A stretch of 60,972 nucleotides of DNA, counting the filler. It is 4 parts of 4 records of this genome, joined end to end, with 100 filler letters (N's around TTAATTAATTAA, not from the genome) between each part and the next. Parts side by side here need not be neighbours in the genome. Positions count along the whole stretch, not along the records: positions 51,567 to 60,972 come from SRR31156797_7344; 3 more parts are not named here. One strand, 5' to 3'. Within the stretch, counting starts at the first letter, position 1. Each line of letters begins with the position of its first letter. Made by a program: the position numbers and the translations under genes. The notes under the pieces are model-generated. The model saw nothing but the letters and a program-made list of their open reading frames with translations. It was not told where the DNA came from and ran no database searches. Of this stretch, positions 58,015-60,972 are shown one piece after another.

Positions 58015-59915
58015 TCAGATTCCTCCTGCTGAAATTCACTTTCAACTTCTTCCTTTTTTGAATAATACAAATAGTTGTCATCAAAATAACCTGTAAACAA
58101 TGGAATCTTGTTGTCATCGTATGATTTACTAAATTCAAACGCAAGAACACTGCTGATCATATTATGGAACTTACGGTTCCTATCAAGATACTTATTATGG
58201 GAATACTTTTCAAGAACTGCTATCATCTTCTTTTTTAGCATTTCCATGTCATGCACATTCATAGTATATTTTGTAAAAATATCCAATGTACTTTGGCTTT
58301 TAGAAACTTGAAGCAAATAATAGAATATCTGTCCCATGCAGTAACTTGCTTCAAAATCATTTTCTATTTCAAAAGAATCAGTTCCATCCATTTTTTCTTT
58401 CAATGACATATATTCTGTAATAGTACCTTCTCCTTTTTGTTCCATAGATAAGTATTTGAAATAAATAATAAGGAAAAAACGAATTTTATTAGGCCCAATC
58501 TTTAATTCATCACGCAGTGAGGGATTCTTAATTATCTCAGAAAGAATTTCATTAAATAGTTTCGTATAGATTCTATCTTCAAACAATGAATTGTTTTGGT
58601 AATAAATATAATTGTGAATGAATGAATTGTATTCAATTAATTTCAATTTCAAAAATGGATGAAGGTTTTTCATTAGTTTTGAAGGATCAGTTTCAAAAAG
58701 TGCACCAATTAGAGTATTGTTAAACAGCAAATTGAGTTCTCTCAAAAAAATGGACTTATTTCTTTCATTTTGAATATGTGTAATTTCTCCATCTTTGTTT
58801 TTTGACGGTAGTTCTTTTATTGTTGAATAGATACGCAAATCCTGAACATTGACAAAAGATTGTTCACTTTGAAGTTCGTAATCAAAATTAGTTACATAGA
58901 TAAATTCAATGTTTTCCATTTTAGGATCAGTAAGCATCATTATATAGTCAAATTCCTGAAAACGATTTGAACTATACAATTTATTTAGCATTTTCAAAAT
59001 CCCAAGTGGTTTTGAAGAATAGTCTTTGTACTCATCACTTGTGACATTAATAGAAGTTGGAAAAATGTATCTATAAAACTTGTATGCTTTGATGTATTCA
59101 AAAAAGTTATATGTTTGTTTGGCACAAGTCCCACAAATATTGAAATTTTCAGGGCTTTTTGACTTTAAATTTGTCTTATACCTGGTAGGATGCCTTAGCA
59201 AATATTTTCTGCCTTTTTGAAGATCAAATAAATTTCCTTGAGCTAACATATAAAGTTGCTCGTATGATCCACAGCAATCACATTCATTGATAAATGTATT
59301 ATACTTCAAAAGTTTATCCACAGTATAAGCTGATACAGCATCAAGATATGAATTTACATCTTCTTCGTTACTCAAAAAAATAATATAATCATTTTGTCCC
59401 AAACCAAAATGATTATCGGGATTTATATTGCTGAAATTGGTAAAAATATTGCAAACATTATCACAGAGATGCATAAAGGGAGTGTACAGATGAATTTCAG
59501 AAGCTGCTTTTTTGAAATTGTTAATTTTTTCAGCTGGTATTTTTATGACAATATTATCATTTGAATGTTTTATAGCCTTATTAGTCTCATCTTTATCAAT
59601 AAAAGCATCTGTTATTTTATAGTGAGATAATGAATGGCTTAATAATGCATTGTTACCACCAACATTATTACTTGAATTACGACTAGGACGAATAAAATTT
59701 TCAGGCTTAAAGTAATTCAAACCATAAGATTTAAGCCAGGGTCTTTGGTCAAATTCATCTTCCAAATTGGCAGGATCAATAACAAATGGTTCATCTGATA
59801 TATCTGGAGGAATAATCAATGCTTTTATTTTTCCTATTTTTTGATTTGAAACTTCATTGTTCAGCAAAGTATCGTAGTCATCTTCTGAAAATAGGTTTAC
59901 AATAAAATTGTACAT
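58011..59915 (-). CDS. cas8b: CRISPR-associated large subunit Cas8b (divergent)
   Basis: Lies between cas6 and cas7; CDCC and CGTC motifs; C-terminal IENDFEASYCMGQ..YLL...GY small-subunit-like domain. Confidence 0.78.
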   Translation of the reverse strand: MYNFIVNLFSEDDYDTLLNNEVSNQKIGKIKALIIPPDISDEPFVIDPANLEDEFDQRPWLKSYGLNYFKPENFIRPSRNSSNNVGGNNALLSHSLSHYKITDAFIDKDETNKAIKHSNDNIVIKIPAEKINNFKKAASEIHLYTPFMHLCDNVCNIFTNFSNINPDNHFGLGQNDYIIFLSNEEDVNSYLDAVSAYTVDKLLKYNTFINECDCCGSYEQLYMLAQGNLFDLQKGRKYLLRHPTRYKTNLKSKSPENFNICGTCAKQTYNFFEYIKAYKFYRYIFPTSINVTSDEYKDYSSKPLGILKMLNKLYSSNRFQEFDYIMMLTDPKMENIEFIYVTNFDYELQSEQSFVNVQDLRIYSTIKELPSKNKDGEITHIQNERNKSIFLRELNLLFNNTLIGALFETDPSKLMKNLHPFLKLKLIEYNSFIHNYIYYQNNSLFEDRIYTKLFNEILSEIIKNPSLRDELKIGPNKIRFFLIIYFKYLSMEQKGEGTITEYMSLKEKMDGTDSFEIENDFEASYCMGQIFYYLLQVSKSQSTLDIFTKYTMNVHDMEMLKKKMIAVLEKYSHNKYLDRNRKFHNMISSVLAFEFSKSYDDNKIPLFTGYFDDNYLYYSKKEEVESEFQQEESE

Positions 59916-60005
59916 TTGTCCTCCTCACACATGATGAAATAAATTTAACAACAAATCAATTAAGAGTACTGCTACATAAATATGTGTCAAGCATGGTGAA
60001 ACTAT

Positions 60006-60731
60006 TCACCCCACCACTCCCATACACCCAAACCCCATTGCATTCTTCTCTCCCAGTCCGGCATCGTAAGCGAACTTTACAAGTTCAGGGCTTGCTTCAA
60101 GTTTCATCGTTAACATGCTGCATCGTCTGAAACTGTTATCTATTGACACACGCTTTGCTTTAAAATTCTTCACATCCAGTATCTCAAAAAAATCGTGTTC
60201 GACCTTGCGTCCGTAGTATTCCTCATATCTGGATGTGAGATTTGTATGGAGATTCTCGTAGAACTTGGCATCTTTTGGATAGAGATCGAACTCAGCAAGC
60301 TTTTCACCTTTCTTTCTCAGAGTCTTCACATACAAAGGAGAGAGAGTTGTAAACGTGCAACTGTCCGAAAACTTCTGTAGGGGCAGGATTTCCACACTTT
60401 CAATTATGAAATCGGCCTTTTTACCTTTTCCAAGGAAAAACTCAGGTTCCTGCAACAAACCTTCAGTGAAGCTACTAATAAACTCGGAATCCGGCGAAGA
60501 TATGAAAAAATGAGCTTTAGTAAAATTCAAACCACGTTTGTCAGGAATCCAGTCCTCGATCACAAGATTGGAAAAAGTATAGAATTTGAATCCCTGATGA
60601 CTATGTGTCTTGTTTGCAAGAGTGATATTCGCCTTGGCTAGACGTGCATATAACATTGAGGCTAAACCATACTGGTAATCATAATGAACAGGATTGGAAG
60701 AAATCTTTTGGACGCTTATCTTGCATCGCAT
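60006..60731 (-). CDS. cas6: CRISPR-associated endoribonuclease Cas6
   Basis: FKFYTFS, TLSP, C-terminal GLGEKNAMGFG glycine loop; start set at MRCKISV. Confidence 0.95.
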   Translation of the reverse strand: MRCKISVQKISSNPVHYDYQYGLASMLYARLAKANITLANKTHSHQGFKFYTFSNLVIEDWIPDKRGLNFTKAHFFISSPDSEFISSFTEGLLQEPEFFLGKGKKADFIIESVEILPLQKFSDSCTFTTLSPLYVKTLRKKGEKLAEFDLYPKDAKFYENLHTNLTSRYEEYYGRKVEHDFFEILDVKNFKAKRVSIDNSFRRCSMLTMKLEASPELVKFAYDAGLGEKNAMGFGCMGVVG

Positions 60732-60933
60732 GCTATGTAATAGGCAGCCAATATTATTTGACAGTTTCGAAGTTATTTTACTAATCACACGTATTTAATG
60801 ATTTTTTACCAAATAAAAACGCATCTATAATTGAATAGTTTTAGAATAGTTCCGTTTTTCAGCTAATACACATAGATCTAAATGAATCACAGAATATAAT
60901 GGTTGCTAGATGCGATACGAACATAAAAACAAG

Positions 60934-60972
60934 TGGTGCTATAGGTGAGATTCGAACTCACGAACTCCTACG
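60934..60972 (-). tRNA. 3' part of a tRNA, probably tRNA-Leu (anticodon outside window)
   Basis: Minus strand CGTAGGAGTTC-GTGAG-TTCGAAT-CTCAC-CTATAGC-A-CCA: T-arm, acceptor strand, discriminator A, encoded CCA, long-variable-arm-like segment. Confidence 0.7.

Noticed and set aside
30407..60972. Single defence super-island joining IetAS/Schlafen with the CRISPR-Cas locus
   Set aside because: They are on separate contigs with an unrelated bacterial contig between them; linkage cannot be inferred.

Overview
The window is four unrelated contigs joined by artificial 100-nt linkers (N44-TTAATTAATTAA-N44 at 30307-30406, 43298-43397, 51467-51566), so nothing can be inferred across those joins. (1) 1-30306 looks like a Bacteroidales chromosome: lepB end, ftsK, lolA, an LmtA-like methyltransferase, a long GAPDH, pyrG, a TonB receptor with lipoprotein, and yhhQ. 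It then carries a secreted subtilase / fibre-like protein / T9SS-cargo triad, a GHL10 and CBM9-like pair, a racemase, PepC, a deaminase / sugar-isomerase-like pair, an orphan CysJ-like diflavin reductase and a KamA-family radical SAM enzyme. (2) 30407-43297 looks like a Methanosarcinaceae archaeon: an AT-rich defence-like island (probable IetA tail plus IetS subtilase, and a Schlafen/AlbA_2 protein with a Cys-rich N-terminus), then ComEC-like MBL, DUF3006, hisH, an AIR-synthase-related gene, nfeD/SPFH and a RecJ-like gene. (3) 43398-51466 looks like a Desulfobacterales-type bacterium: a Tat-exported Psr/Phs-like molybdoenzyme with FdnH/FdnI-like partners, a DoxX-like gene followed by a canonical-looking attC site, and a double-rubredoxin/GltB-FMN fusion with rubrerythrin. 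(4) 51567-60972 is a Methanosarcinaceae-like type I-B CRISPR-Cas locus (cas6-cas8b-cas7-cas5-cas3-cas4-cas1-cas2, leader, first repeat) downstream of a tRNA 3' end, with a markedly AT-richer interference module. The best novelty candidates are the archaeal Schlafen/IetAS island, the Bacteroidales subtilase-fibre-T9SS triad, the hybrid molybdoenzyme complex, the rubredoxin-GltB/rubrerythrin pair and two structured-RNA candidates. Taxonomic and family calls come from motif recognition only; no searches were run.
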